Below, one piece after another: positions 24,137 through 31,562 of a DNA stretch of 32,000 nucleotides. Position numbers and translations under genes: made by a program. The stretch comes from an uncultured Balneolaceae bacterium. Its GTDB lineage: Bacteria > Bacteroidota > Rhodothermia > Balneolales > Balneolaceae. The notes under the pieces are model-generated. The model searched no databases and was not told the origin of the DNA. It worked only from the letters and a program-made list of their open reading frames with translations. The stretch lies in assembly GCA_964528445.1 (NCBI GenBank), contig CAZGSL010000001.1, positions 82,530 through 114,529 of the forward strand, written 5' to 3'. Position 1 is the stretch's first letter. Every line of letters starts with the position of its first letter.

Positions 24137-24763
24137 ATGGATACCAAACAGATAGCCATATATGCGGGAGGGTTCCTGGGATCCTTCCTGGTGTTGCTGG
24201 CCATCATGTATCTGATCTATCCCTATCTGCATCCCGAACAGGCGGAGGAGGTCGCCTCGGAATATTCCGAGCTCTCCGGAAACAGTTTTGAAACCGAGTC
24301 ATACAGCCCGGAGGCGGTGGATGCACTGAATCGGCAGATTACCAATTTGCAGACGACCATTGACTCTCTTAACAGCCGCAACAGCAATTATGAGCAGACC
24401 ATCGATTCGCTGGAAGGCAGGGTCGGGGAGCTGACGACCACGCTCGAAGAGCAAAATACGCGGCAGTCCGGGGTTGCGGAGGCCGCGTCTCCCGGTGAAG
24501 AGGGAGATCCTGTTGATCTGGATGCCGGGGATCCCCGGCAGGTCAGCGAACAGGTTACGGAAGCAAGCAGGGAAGAGCTGGAGGCGATTTCCAAATCGCT
24601 GCTGCGAATGGACGAAGACGCGCTCTCCCCGATTGTCAATTTGCTGGAAGACGAACAGCTCATCAGTCTCTACACCACGGGCAGCAGCCTGCAGCGGGAG
24701 AAGCTACTTCGCGCGCTGGAGCCCGAGAAAGCAGCGGAAATACTAAAAAAGGTCATGTCATGA
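24137..24763 (+). CDS. membrane-anchored coiled-coil protein with a MgtE_N/MotE-like C-terminus; FlbB/YlxF-like by position
   Basis: It has an N-terminal TM segment (IAIYAGGFLGSFLVLLAIMYLIY) and a coiled coil (LNRQITNLQTTIDSLNSRNSNYEQTIDSLEGRVGELTTTLEE). The C-terminus ISKSLLRMDEDALSPIVNLLEDEQLISLY...LEPEKAAEILKK resembles MgtE-N-type helical repeats. It occupies the fliJ-fliK slot held by ylxF in Bacillus and flbB in Borrelia. Confidence 0.5.
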   Translation: MDTKQIAIYAGGFLGSFLVLLAIMYLIYPYLHPEQAEEVASEYSELSGNSFETESYSPEAVDALNRQITNLQTTIDSLNSRNSNYEQTIDSLEGRVGELTTTLEEQNTRQSGVAEAASPGEEGDPVDLDAGDPRQVSEQVTEASREELEAISKSLLRMDEDALSPIVNLLEDEQLISLYTTGSSLQREKLLRALEPEKAAEILKKVMS

Positions 24764-27066
24764 ACCATCTACTATCCAGTTTGGTACAACAGTTGGGCGG
24801 CAAGCAGGCGCTCTCCGCGGGCGATCAGCGTACCGGCGGGAACCCACTCATGCCGGCGTCCTCCGGCGGCGGTGAAGGGGGCGGAGATCCCTTTTTCCAA
24901 ACCTACGTCTCCGTGCTGGGAGCCAATGTGAGCGGCGGCGAAGACGCAGAATCCGGATCCACCGGTTCCGCGAACGGTGGGGGAACTGCCAAAGGGGGAG
25001 AGAAAGTGCTGCCCGGAATGGCACTTGCGGCGCCGGTAACGCTGGAGAACGCACAGGAGGGAAAGGCATCATCGAATACCGATAACGAAGCATCCCAGTC
25101 GTCCGTCCAGGAATCCGGCAAGGTCGGGGAAATCTCCGGCGAGACGGCCGAATCGGGGGAAGCCCGGGAGGGTGGCGAATCTTCTGACGGGGAGAAATCA
25201 ACGGAAGCGAAAGAGGAGGAGACAACTCAGAACGCCGACGGCGAAAACGAAAGTGAGGGTGAAAGCACCGGGAATGAAAAAAAGTCCGCGGACAAGAAAG
25301 ACCAGCGTACGGAAAAACAGGGAACGTCTGCCGAAAACAGACCGACACTGACGTCCGGCGGGGAAACCGAGCGTAGTGCGGAAAGCGGCACGACAAACGG
25401 CACGGGCGGCGCTGCGGAGGGCGGAGAGAAGAGTTCCGCCACCGCCGCCGCGGAAAGCGAGAACAGCGGCGAAACCGCCAAGGACGCTTCGGCACAGACA
25501 TCGGGCAAAAAAGAGGGAGAGACCTCCGCGCGCCCGACGAACGCTTCCGGCCGCCCGACGGAAAACGGTTCCTCTGAGCCGTCCCGGGAGAGCCGGCCGA
25601 CGCAGGCGCTTGAAGAGAATGGGCAGAAACTGTCAGCGGAGGAGAAATCGAATGACGCCGGGGAGAAGAAGGGGGCAGATACCGGCAGCAAGAAGAGCTC
25701 CGGGTCCGAAACCGGTTCCCGGAAGCATTCGGCAGCGGCGTCCGCGCAGAAGTCCGGCGGCAGTGCCGCGACTGCGAGTCAGGCCGCGGCTGCGAGTCAA
25801 TCGGCTCCCGCCGGGTCGGCCGAAGGAACACAAAACAGCGGCCGTGCAGTGTCCGGTACGAACAGCTCCGGAAGCGAGTCCGCCGACAGCGCCAACCGTG
25901 CGTCCGCCGGTAGCAGCGGCAATGGATCCTCCGCCGGAGCCCAGGGCCGGAACGCCTCACGCGGCTCCAGCTCCACCTCGGGATCGGCACAGGCCGCGAA
26001 CACGCAGGCCGACAGCCGGGGCGGCACGGCAAACCCAGGCCGGACGTCCGGCGGTAAAACGGCGCCTGCAGCCCCGCGGCAGGGCGAGGTCCCTGACACA
26101 GGCGGCGGGGAAACCCGAAAACGTCAGCCGATGGAACAAGCAAAGGGATTGGGAGGAGAACGAAGTTCGTCGGGAAAACAGGACCAAAACCGTCCAAACC
26201 GTTCATCCGGCGGGAATTCCACCATCCGGCAGTCCGGTCCTGACCGGGCTCCTGCGGGCAGTCGGCAGGATGGGAAAACGATGGAACTCGATCCCTCCGG
26301 GAGCCGCTCCCGCGCCGTAGAACAGAAGAATCCGAAGGAGAGCGGCTTCTCCGGCATGGCCACCGGGGCCACTGGCACGAATGACACCGGCCGGCCTGAA
26401 CAGCAAAGGGCGGTGGGCTTCCAGCCTTTGAATCGGGTCACGGAAGCGGAGAGGGAGTTCTCTCCCTCGATGAAATCCACACAGGGGGAGCTGAACCGCT
26501 CCTCGCTGGAGATGATGGATACGGAAATGAGCGGAGAGCGGGAATTCGGCGGGAGCGATGACAGCGAAGGCGGTGAGATGAGAAAGCTGGAGGCCCTGAA
26601 CACCTCGCAGCTGCGCAACTCATCCGCCGTGCGCCAGAAATTGAGCATGCATATTGCCCGGGCCGTCCGGCAGGAGATGGTGCAGAGCCGCGGCGGCTCG
26701 GAGGCGCAGTGGCAGCATCACAGGTTTGTGCTGGACGACGGGCAGTCGGTGAATGTCTCCTTCCGACATGCGGAGGGGGCCATCCAGCTGCAGCTGGGAT
26801 CGGGCAGCGCCGAAATGAACAAGTTATTGCAGCAGCACCTGGGAGAGATCAGGGAGCATCTGCAGCAGGAGCTGGACGTGGATGTGAACCTGGAATTCCA
26901 GGACTTTGAAGGGAAACAGTTTGAAGGAGAACAGTCCGACCGGCCGGGAGATCTGACAAGAACGAGTACGCCCCTCGAGGGCGAAAGCGAGGGAGAGCCC
27001 TCTCCGTCGTCCGCCCCGAAGCAAGTACGGTATATGGGATTTAACACCAACGAATGGACAGCTTGA
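24760..27066 (+). CDS. fliK: flagellar hook-length control protein FliK, greatly extended (768 aa) by a Ser/Gly/Ala/Glu-rich low-complexity region
   Basis: The C-terminal region RQKLSMHIARAVRQEM...QWQHHRFVLDDGQSVNVSFRHAEGAIQLQLGSGSAEMNKLLQQHLGEIREHLQQELDVDVNLEF matches the Flg_hook (FliK C-terminal) domain pattern. It lies immediately upstream of flgD. The ATG overlaps the previous stop (ATGA). Confidence 0.7.
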   Translation: MNHLLSSLVQQLGGKQALSAGDQRTGGNPLMPASSGGGEGGGDPFFQTYVSVLGANVSGGEDAESGSTGSANGGGTAKGGEKVLPGMALAAPVTLENAQEGKASSNTDNEASQSSVQESGKVGEISGETAESGEAREGGESSDGEKSTEAKEEETTQNADGENESEGESTGNEKKSADKKDQRTEKQGTSAENRPTLTSGGETERSAESGTTNGTGGAAEGGEKSSATAAAESENSGETAKDASAQTSGKKEGETSARPTNASGRPTENGSSEPSRESRPTQALEENGQKLSAEEKSNDAGEKKGADTGSKKSSGSETGSRKHSAAASAQKSGGSAATASQAAAASQSAPAGSAEGTQNSGRAVSGTNSSGSESADSANRASAGSSGNGSSAGAQGRNASRGSSSTSGSAQAANTQADSRGGTANPGRTSGGKTAPAAPRQGEVPDTGGGETRKRQPMEQAKGLGGERSSSGKQDQNRPNRSSGGNSTIRQSGPDRAPAGSRQDGKTMELDPSGSRSRAVEQKNPKESGFSGMATGATGTNDTGRPEQQRAVGFQPLNRVTEAEREFSPSMKSTQGELNRSSLEMMDTEMSGEREFGGSDDSEGGEMRKLEALNTSQLRNSSAVRQKLSMHIARAVRQEMVQSRGGSEAQWQHHRFVLDDGQSVNVSFRHAEGAIQLQLGSGSAEMNKLLQQHLGEIREHLQQELDVDVNLEFQDFEGKQFEGEQSDRPGDLTRTSTPLEGESEGEPSPSSAPKQVRYMGFNTNEWTA

Positions 27067-27070
27067 AACC

Positions 27071-27769
27071 ATGGAAATAACCAACGAGACCCTCGGAGCA
27101 CAGCAATCGCAGGAATCGCAGCAGCAGCAGAACCAGGCGCAGTCCCTGGGCAACAGCAACCTTGGGAAGGAGGATTTCCTCCAGTTGCTGGTGGCCCAGA
27201 TGAAGAACCAGGACCCCATCAACCCGATGGACGGTACCCAGTTCGCGTCACAGCTCGCGGAGTTCAACTCCGTTGAGCAGCTCATAAATCTGAACGACGG
27301 CATGAATCTGCTCGCCGAAAGCCAGCAGATGATGAATACGGGACTCAACAATACGATGGCCGCCTCCCTGGCCGGTAAATCGGTACGGGCGCTGAGCGAC
27401 AAGGTGGCGCTGGAGGCCGGCGGAAACGCGGACCTGCAGTTCAAGCTGAACAATACCGCCACCACCGCGGAGATCGCCATACGCGATTCGGGGGGGAATG
27501 TAGTGCGAACGCAGGAGCTGAGCAATCTGGGCAGCGGCGAGCATACCTGGACCTGGGACGGCCTCTCCGATGCCGGAAATCAAGCGGCGGAGGGGACCTA
27601 CTCGGTGGAAATATCGGCCTCAAACGGCGACAGCGAGGTTGATGCACTGACCTATATCGAGGGACAGGCCGACCGGGTGAGTTACTCGGGCAATGGAGTT
27701 CAGCTGCTGGTGGACGGAATCTTCGTACCCCTGGGCGATGTGGAGCAGATAGGTCTTTCGGAGGAGTAG
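27071..27769 (+). CDS. flgD: flagellar hook capping/assembly protein FlgD
   Basis: LGKEDFLQLLVAQMKNQDPINPMDGTQFASQLAEFNSVEQL is the FlgD signature. The C-terminal FlgD Ig-like part is GEHTWTWDGLSDAGNQAAEGTYSVEI. Confidence 0.92.
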   Translation: MEITNETLGAQQSQESQQQQNQAQSLGNSNLGKEDFLQLLVAQMKNQDPINPMDGTQFASQLAEFNSVEQLINLNDGMNLLAESQQMMNTGLNNTMAASLAGKSVRALSDKVALEAGGNADLQFKLNNTATTAEIAIRDSGGNVVRTQELSNLGSGEHTWTWDGLSDAGNQAAEGTYSVEISASNGDSEVDALTYIEGQADRVSYSGNGVQLLVDGIFVPLGDVEQIGLSEE

Positions 27770-27770
27770 C

Positions 27771-28157
27771 ATGGATATTCGCCACATAACAGGCAGAGGT
27801 TCCCCGGAGGGTCCCCGAAAGGCGGGCGCCCCTGGTTCCGGGCCGGATGCCGCCCGGGAAAGCGGTCCTTCGTTCAAGGAGGTCCTGAAGCGGGCAGGCG
27901 GACTGGAGTTTTCGAAGCATGCGCTCGAACGGTTGGAGGATCGGTCCATTTCCCTGGATTCCTCGGATATTGACCGGCTGAGCGAAGCGGTCAACCGGGC
28001 GGCCTCCAAGGGGAGCAGGGACTCGCTCGTACTGGACGGGGAGAAGGCGTTCCTGGTGAACATACCGAACCAGACCGTCGTGACGGCGGTGGATATGATG
28101 GAGCTTCGCGAGAAGGTTTTTACCAATATAGACAGTACGGTTTTAACGAGACGATAA
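27771..28157 (+). CDS. flagellar operon protein of unknown function (TIGR02530-like, the flgD-flgE spacer gene)
   Basis: The motifs LEFSKHALERLEDRSISL...AASKGSRDSLVLDGEKAFLVNIPNQTVVTAVD...VFTNIDSTVL and the position between flgD and flgE fit what I recall of that family. The N-terminal ~35 aa are G/P-rich and probably disordered. Confidence 0.6.
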   Translation: MDIRHITGRGSPEGPRKAGAPGSGPDAARESGPSFKEVLKRAGGLEFSKHALERLEDRSISLDSSDIDRLSEAVNRAASKGSRDSLVLDGEKAFLVNIPNQTVVTAVDMMELREKVFTNIDSTVLTRR

Positions 28158-28251
28158 CCAAAAACCAACATGAACCGGGCCGGACCCGCAAGGGAGGCCC
28201 ACCTGGCGGCCAAACGACAGAGGTCGCCACATAATCCAACGGAGGATTACT

Positions 28252-29871
28252 ATGTCACTAATGAAATCACTCAACTCTGGTGTGAGCGGGCTTCGCGCCT
28301 TTCAGACCAAGATGGATGTCATCGGAAACAATATCTCAAACGTCGAAACCACCGGTTTCAAGGCTTCGCGCATCACGTTTACGGAGATGCTGAGCCAGCA
28401 GATCGGCTCGGGGCAGAGTTCGGAGTCCGCTCCGAGCTCTGCTGCCAAAGTCGGACTGGGAACCCGGATCTCCTCGATCGACCGGGACTTCAACCAGGGA
28501 GGCTTGCAGGACACCGGGCGCAAATCGGACCTGGCCATCGAGGGGGACGGCTTCTTCATGGTCGAGGACGGGGAGCAGTCCTACCTGACCCGGGCGGGAA
28601 ATTTCGCCTTTAACAAGGACGGGTTCCTGGTGGACCAGTCCGGGCGGCAGGTGCAGGGATACAACGCGGGTTCCAACGGCGAGGTGCAGGCCAGTGGAAC
28701 CACCGACGGAATCCGGGTGGACTTCGAGAACATATTCAGTCCGCAGGCCACCCAGAACGTCTACATGGCGGGCAACCTGGGCTCGGAAACCAGCACGAAA
28801 CAGGTAGTCCAGGCGCAGTCGGCTTTCACCACCAACACGGGTGAAATCGCCGAGGAGGACACGCTGCTCAACGATCTGGCCCAGACCACTACCAACTTTG
28901 CGGCCGGAGATACCATCGATTTTGAATTCACGCTTAATGATGGGACAAATCAGACGATAACCCATACATATGCAGCCGGCGACACCCTCCAGGATGTCGT
29001 GGATACGATCAACGCGGGACTCGGGGCCGGAGAAGGCTCCGCCAGCCTGGTTGACGGCATGCTGGTGATTCGTTCCGCTCAGGCGGGCGACAGCCAGTTC
29101 AGCCTGGACAACACGGCGATCAACGGAACCGGCGTGATGACCATGCCCGGATTCCAGGTCGTCGAGGAAGGGAACACCGGCAACGTCTCCCTCAGCTCGA
29201 CGGTATACGACGAGCAGGGCAAGGCGCATACGCTGTTGCTGGAATTGACCCAGACCGATGCGAACACGTGGGAATACGAGGCCAGTTTCATGGACGGTGA
29301 GGAGATAACAGCCGGTCAAAACGGCACTCTCACCTTCGACAATACCGGAAACCTGACCAGCGACAATGCGCTGGCGATGGCCTTTGAGCCGGGTGACGGT
29401 GCGAATCCGGTGAACTTTACGCTGAACCTCGGGAATCCGGAGAACGGTTCCAAGGTGACGCAGTTCGCCGGTACAAGTTCGGCCAAGTTCGTCTCACAAG
29501 ATGGATTCGCGCAGGGCAAGCTGATCGATTACAGCATCGACGGTGACGGATATGTCAATGGCATATACGACAACGGCAAAAACATCAAGCTGGCCCAGGT
29601 GGCCGTTGCCGACGTCACCAACTACAACGGCCTGGAAACCCTGGGTGACGGGCTGTACCGAAATACCGTAGCATCCGGCGATGTCAGCATCAACACGGCT
29701 TCGAATCTTTCGGAGACCAAGTTGAATTCTGGCATGCTGGAAGGATCAAATGTCGATCTGGCGCGTGAGTTTACGGACATGATTACTTCGCAGAGGGCCT
29801 ACCAGTCCAATGCACGGGTAATCACGACCGCGGATGAACTTCTCGCTGAAGCCGTAAATCTCAAGCGCTGA
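28252..29871 (+). CDS. flgE: flagellar hook protein FlgE
   Basis: The N-terminus is MSLMKSLNSGVSGLRAFQTKMDVIGNNISNVETTGFK. The core has GLGTRISSIDRDFNQGGLQDTGRKSDLAIEGDGFF. The C-terminus is LEGSNVDLAREFTDMITSQRAYQSNARVITTADELLAEAVNLKR. GGAGGA lies upstream of the ATG. Confidence 0.94.
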   Translation: MSLMKSLNSGVSGLRAFQTKMDVIGNNISNVETTGFKASRITFTEMLSQQIGSGQSSESAPSSAAKVGLGTRISSIDRDFNQGGLQDTGRKSDLAIEGDGFFMVEDGEQSYLTRAGNFAFNKDGFLVDQSGRQVQGYNAGSNGEVQASGTTDGIRVDFENIFSPQATQNVYMAGNLGSETSTKQVVQAQSAFTTNTGEIAEEDTLLNDLAQTTTNFAAGDTIDFEFTLNDGTNQTITHTYAAGDTLQDVVDTINAGLGAGEGSASLVDGMLVIRSAQAGDSQFSLDNTAINGTGVMTMPGFQVVEEGNTGNVSLSSTVYDEQGKAHTLLLELTQTDANTWEYEASFMDGEEITAGQNGTLTFDNTGNLTSDNALAMAFEPGDGANPVNFTLNLGNPENGSKVTQFAGTSSAKFVSQDGFAQGKLIDYSIDGDGYVNGIYDNGKNIKLAQVAVADVTNYNGLETLGDGLYRNTVASGDVSINTASNLSETKLNSGMLEGSNVDLAREFTDMITSQRAYQSNARVITTADELLAEAVNLKR

Positions 29872-29903
29872 TGGCATGAACTGACAACTTAATTCGTCTC
29901 TAC

Positions 29904-29950
29904 GCCCGTGCCGCTCCGCCCGGTCCCAAGCCGGGGGGTGCGGCACGGGC
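29904..29950 (+). promoter_or_regulatory. GC-rich stem-loop between flgE and motA (possible attenuator or mRNA 3'-end stabiliser)
   Basis: The outer stem pairs GCCCGTGCCGC (29904-29914) with GCGGCACGGGC (29940-29950). The inner stem pairs CCGCCCGG (29916-29923) with CCGGGGGG (29931-29938), with one mismatch, around a 7-nt loop. No T-run follows. Confidence 0.55.
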
Positions 29951-29983
29951 CCCGGAGGCGACCATAAAGGATGTACTGCGACT

Positions 29984-30859
29984 GTGGATAAGTCAACTGT
30001 TATAGGATTGGTCGGTGGATTCGCCCTGGTGATCGTAGCTATTGTCACGCAGGGCGATTTTGGTATTTTCTTAAGTTTATCGGCCATCCTGATCGTGGGA
30101 GGGGGCGTTATCAGCTCATCTATCGTCAACTACAGTATCGATGAGGTTAAAAACACCGCCTCCCTCACGCTGGAGTACCTGAAATCCCGGCAGACCGATC
30201 TGCGAACAGATATCGAGCTGATGAACATGTTCGCCCGCAAGGCCCGGAGGGAGGGCCTTCTTCGGCTGGAGGAGGATGTCCACCACGTTAACAACAACTA
30301 TCTGCAGAACGGGCTGCAGCTGGCCATCGACGGCACCGAGAAAAACACGCTGATCACCATCCTGGACGACCAGCTGGAGAGCGCCCGCCGCAACCTGAAC
30401 AAGAGCGTATCCATCCTCTACAGCATGGCCGAATACTCGCCTGCGTTCGGGATGATCGGGACGGTGATCGGCCTGATCCTGATGCTGCAGAACATCCAGG
30501 ACCCCGAGGCGCTGGGAGCAGGCCTGGCCGTGGCGTTGCTGACCACCCTCTACGGCACCGTTTTTGCCAACATGGTATTCATGCCCCTGGCCGGGAAACT
30601 GGAATACCTCGGCGAGAAACAGCTGATTCGCAACGAGATGTTCAAATCGGCCGTTATCTCGATCGTGGACGAGGAGAACCCGCGCCTGATGGAGAACAAG
30701 ATGCTGAACTACGTCTCCCCCTCCCAGCGGGCCGAATACCGGGCCTATTACAACGAGCACAGCTTCAACAAGAAGCGAGAGGAGAAGCTCTACGAACACT
30801 GGATTAACATACAGAACAACTCATGGCAAGATCTTCAGACAGTTCTGGAAACTGGCTAA
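29984..30859 (+). CDS. motA: flagellar stator protein MotA (MotA/TolQ/ExbB proton channel); GTG start
   Basis: The N-terminus is MDKSTVIGLVGGFALVIVAIV...SAILIVGGGVI. The C-terminal channel motif is PAFGMIGTVIGLILML...ALGAGLAVALLTTLYGTVFANMVFMPLAGKL. Confidence 0.9.
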   Translation: MDKSTVIGLVGGFALVIVAIVTQGDFGIFLSLSAILIVGGGVISSSIVNYSIDEVKNTASLTLEYLKSRQTDLRTDIELMNMFARKARREGLLRLEEDVHHVNNNYLQNGLQLAIDGTEKNTLITILDDQLESARRNLNKSVSILYSMAEYSPAFGMIGTVIGLILMLQNIQDPEALGAGLAVALLTTLYGTVFANMVFMPLAGKLEYLGEKQLIRNEMFKSAVISIVDEENPRLMENKMLNYVSPSQRAEYRAYYNEHSFNKKREEKLYEHWINIQNNSWQDLQTVLETG

Positions 30860-31560
30860 TGACATATGCCGACTTTATCACCCTCATGATGATCTTTTTC
30901 ATCGTGCTCTACACCTTTACGCCCGGCGTGGAGCAAAACAAGTTTGAAGCCATTGTGGGAGCGTTTAAGGGGAAACAGGGGGTGCTGAACTACGACGCGG
31001 TATTCAGCAGCGAGATGCCGGACATCGAGATGCAGCGCGCGAAGAACTGGGAGCAGCTTCGCCAGTACATCAGCGAACAGGATCTGAGCGACGCGGTGGA
31101 GCTGGAGATGACGCCCTCCGGGGTGCGCATCATCCTGGGGGAATCGGTCACGTTCGATACCTATTCGGCCGAACTGAAACCTGCCGCCCCGCCCATCCTG
31201 CAGACGATCCTGCAGACCATCGAGGAGTACGAGGCGGAGGAGCTCCGGGAACTGGAGATCCAGGGGCACACCGACAACCGCCCCGTTCGCCCGGGAGCCC
31301 GCCAGTACCAGAGCAACTGGGAACTCGGCGCGGCGCGGGCCACTTCAGTCTTGTCCTTTTTTGTCGATAACAGTTCCATAGATCCCGCTTTGATCAAAGC
31401 CAGCACCTTCAGCCAGTACCGGCCGCGGACCGAGAACGAGACGGTCGAGGGACGGCGGAAAAATCGGCGGGTGGAGATATTTGTCCGGTATCATATTCCG
31501 GAGGAACCGACCTCCCTGCCGGACGGCACACCTGAAGAGCTAACACAAGAATCTGAGTAG
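30823..31560 (+). CDS. motB: flagellar stator protein MotB (OmpA-like peptidoglycan-binding C-terminus)
   Basis: GNWLMTYADFITLMMIFFIVLY contains the conserved Asp of the MotB TM helix. The OmpA-like region is IQGHTDNRPV...SNWELGAARATSVLSFF...NRRVEI. It overlaps motA by 37 nt; an alternative ATG at 30859 would truncate the conserved N-terminus. Confidence 0.9.
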   Translation: MARSSDSSGNWLMTYADFITLMMIFFIVLYTFTPGVEQNKFEAIVGAFKGKQGVLNYDAVFSSEMPDIEMQRAKNWEQLRQYISEQDLSDAVELEMTPSGVRIILGESVTFDTYSAELKPAAPPILQTILQTIEEYEAEELRELEIQGHTDNRPVRPGARQYQSNWELGAARATSVLSFFVDNSSIDPALIKASTFSQYRPRTENETVEGRRKNRRVEIFVRYHIPEEPTSLPDGTPEELTQESE

Positions 31561-31562
31561 GA

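Noticed and set aside
24848-26648. Many overlapping ORFs in several frames and both strands inside fliK, for example the 452-aa R/P-rich minus ORF and the 314-aa R/P-rich plus ORF at 25376-26320
   Set aside because: They are a consequence of the GC-rich, purine-skewed low-complexity coding sequence of fliK. Only the fliK frame connects to a recognisable N-terminus and C-terminal Flg_hook-like domain and fits the operon spacing.
28170-28613. 147-aa plus-strand ORF overlapping the flgE start
   Set aside because: It is out of frame with flgE, which has canonical N-terminal motifs and a GGAGGA ribosome-binding site. Its composition is R/G/P-rich.
28252-29871. Possibility of spirochete-type lysinoalanine cross-linking in FlgE, given the spirochete-like gene order
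   Set aside because: That chemistry requires a conserved Cys. This FlgE translation contains no cysteine at all.
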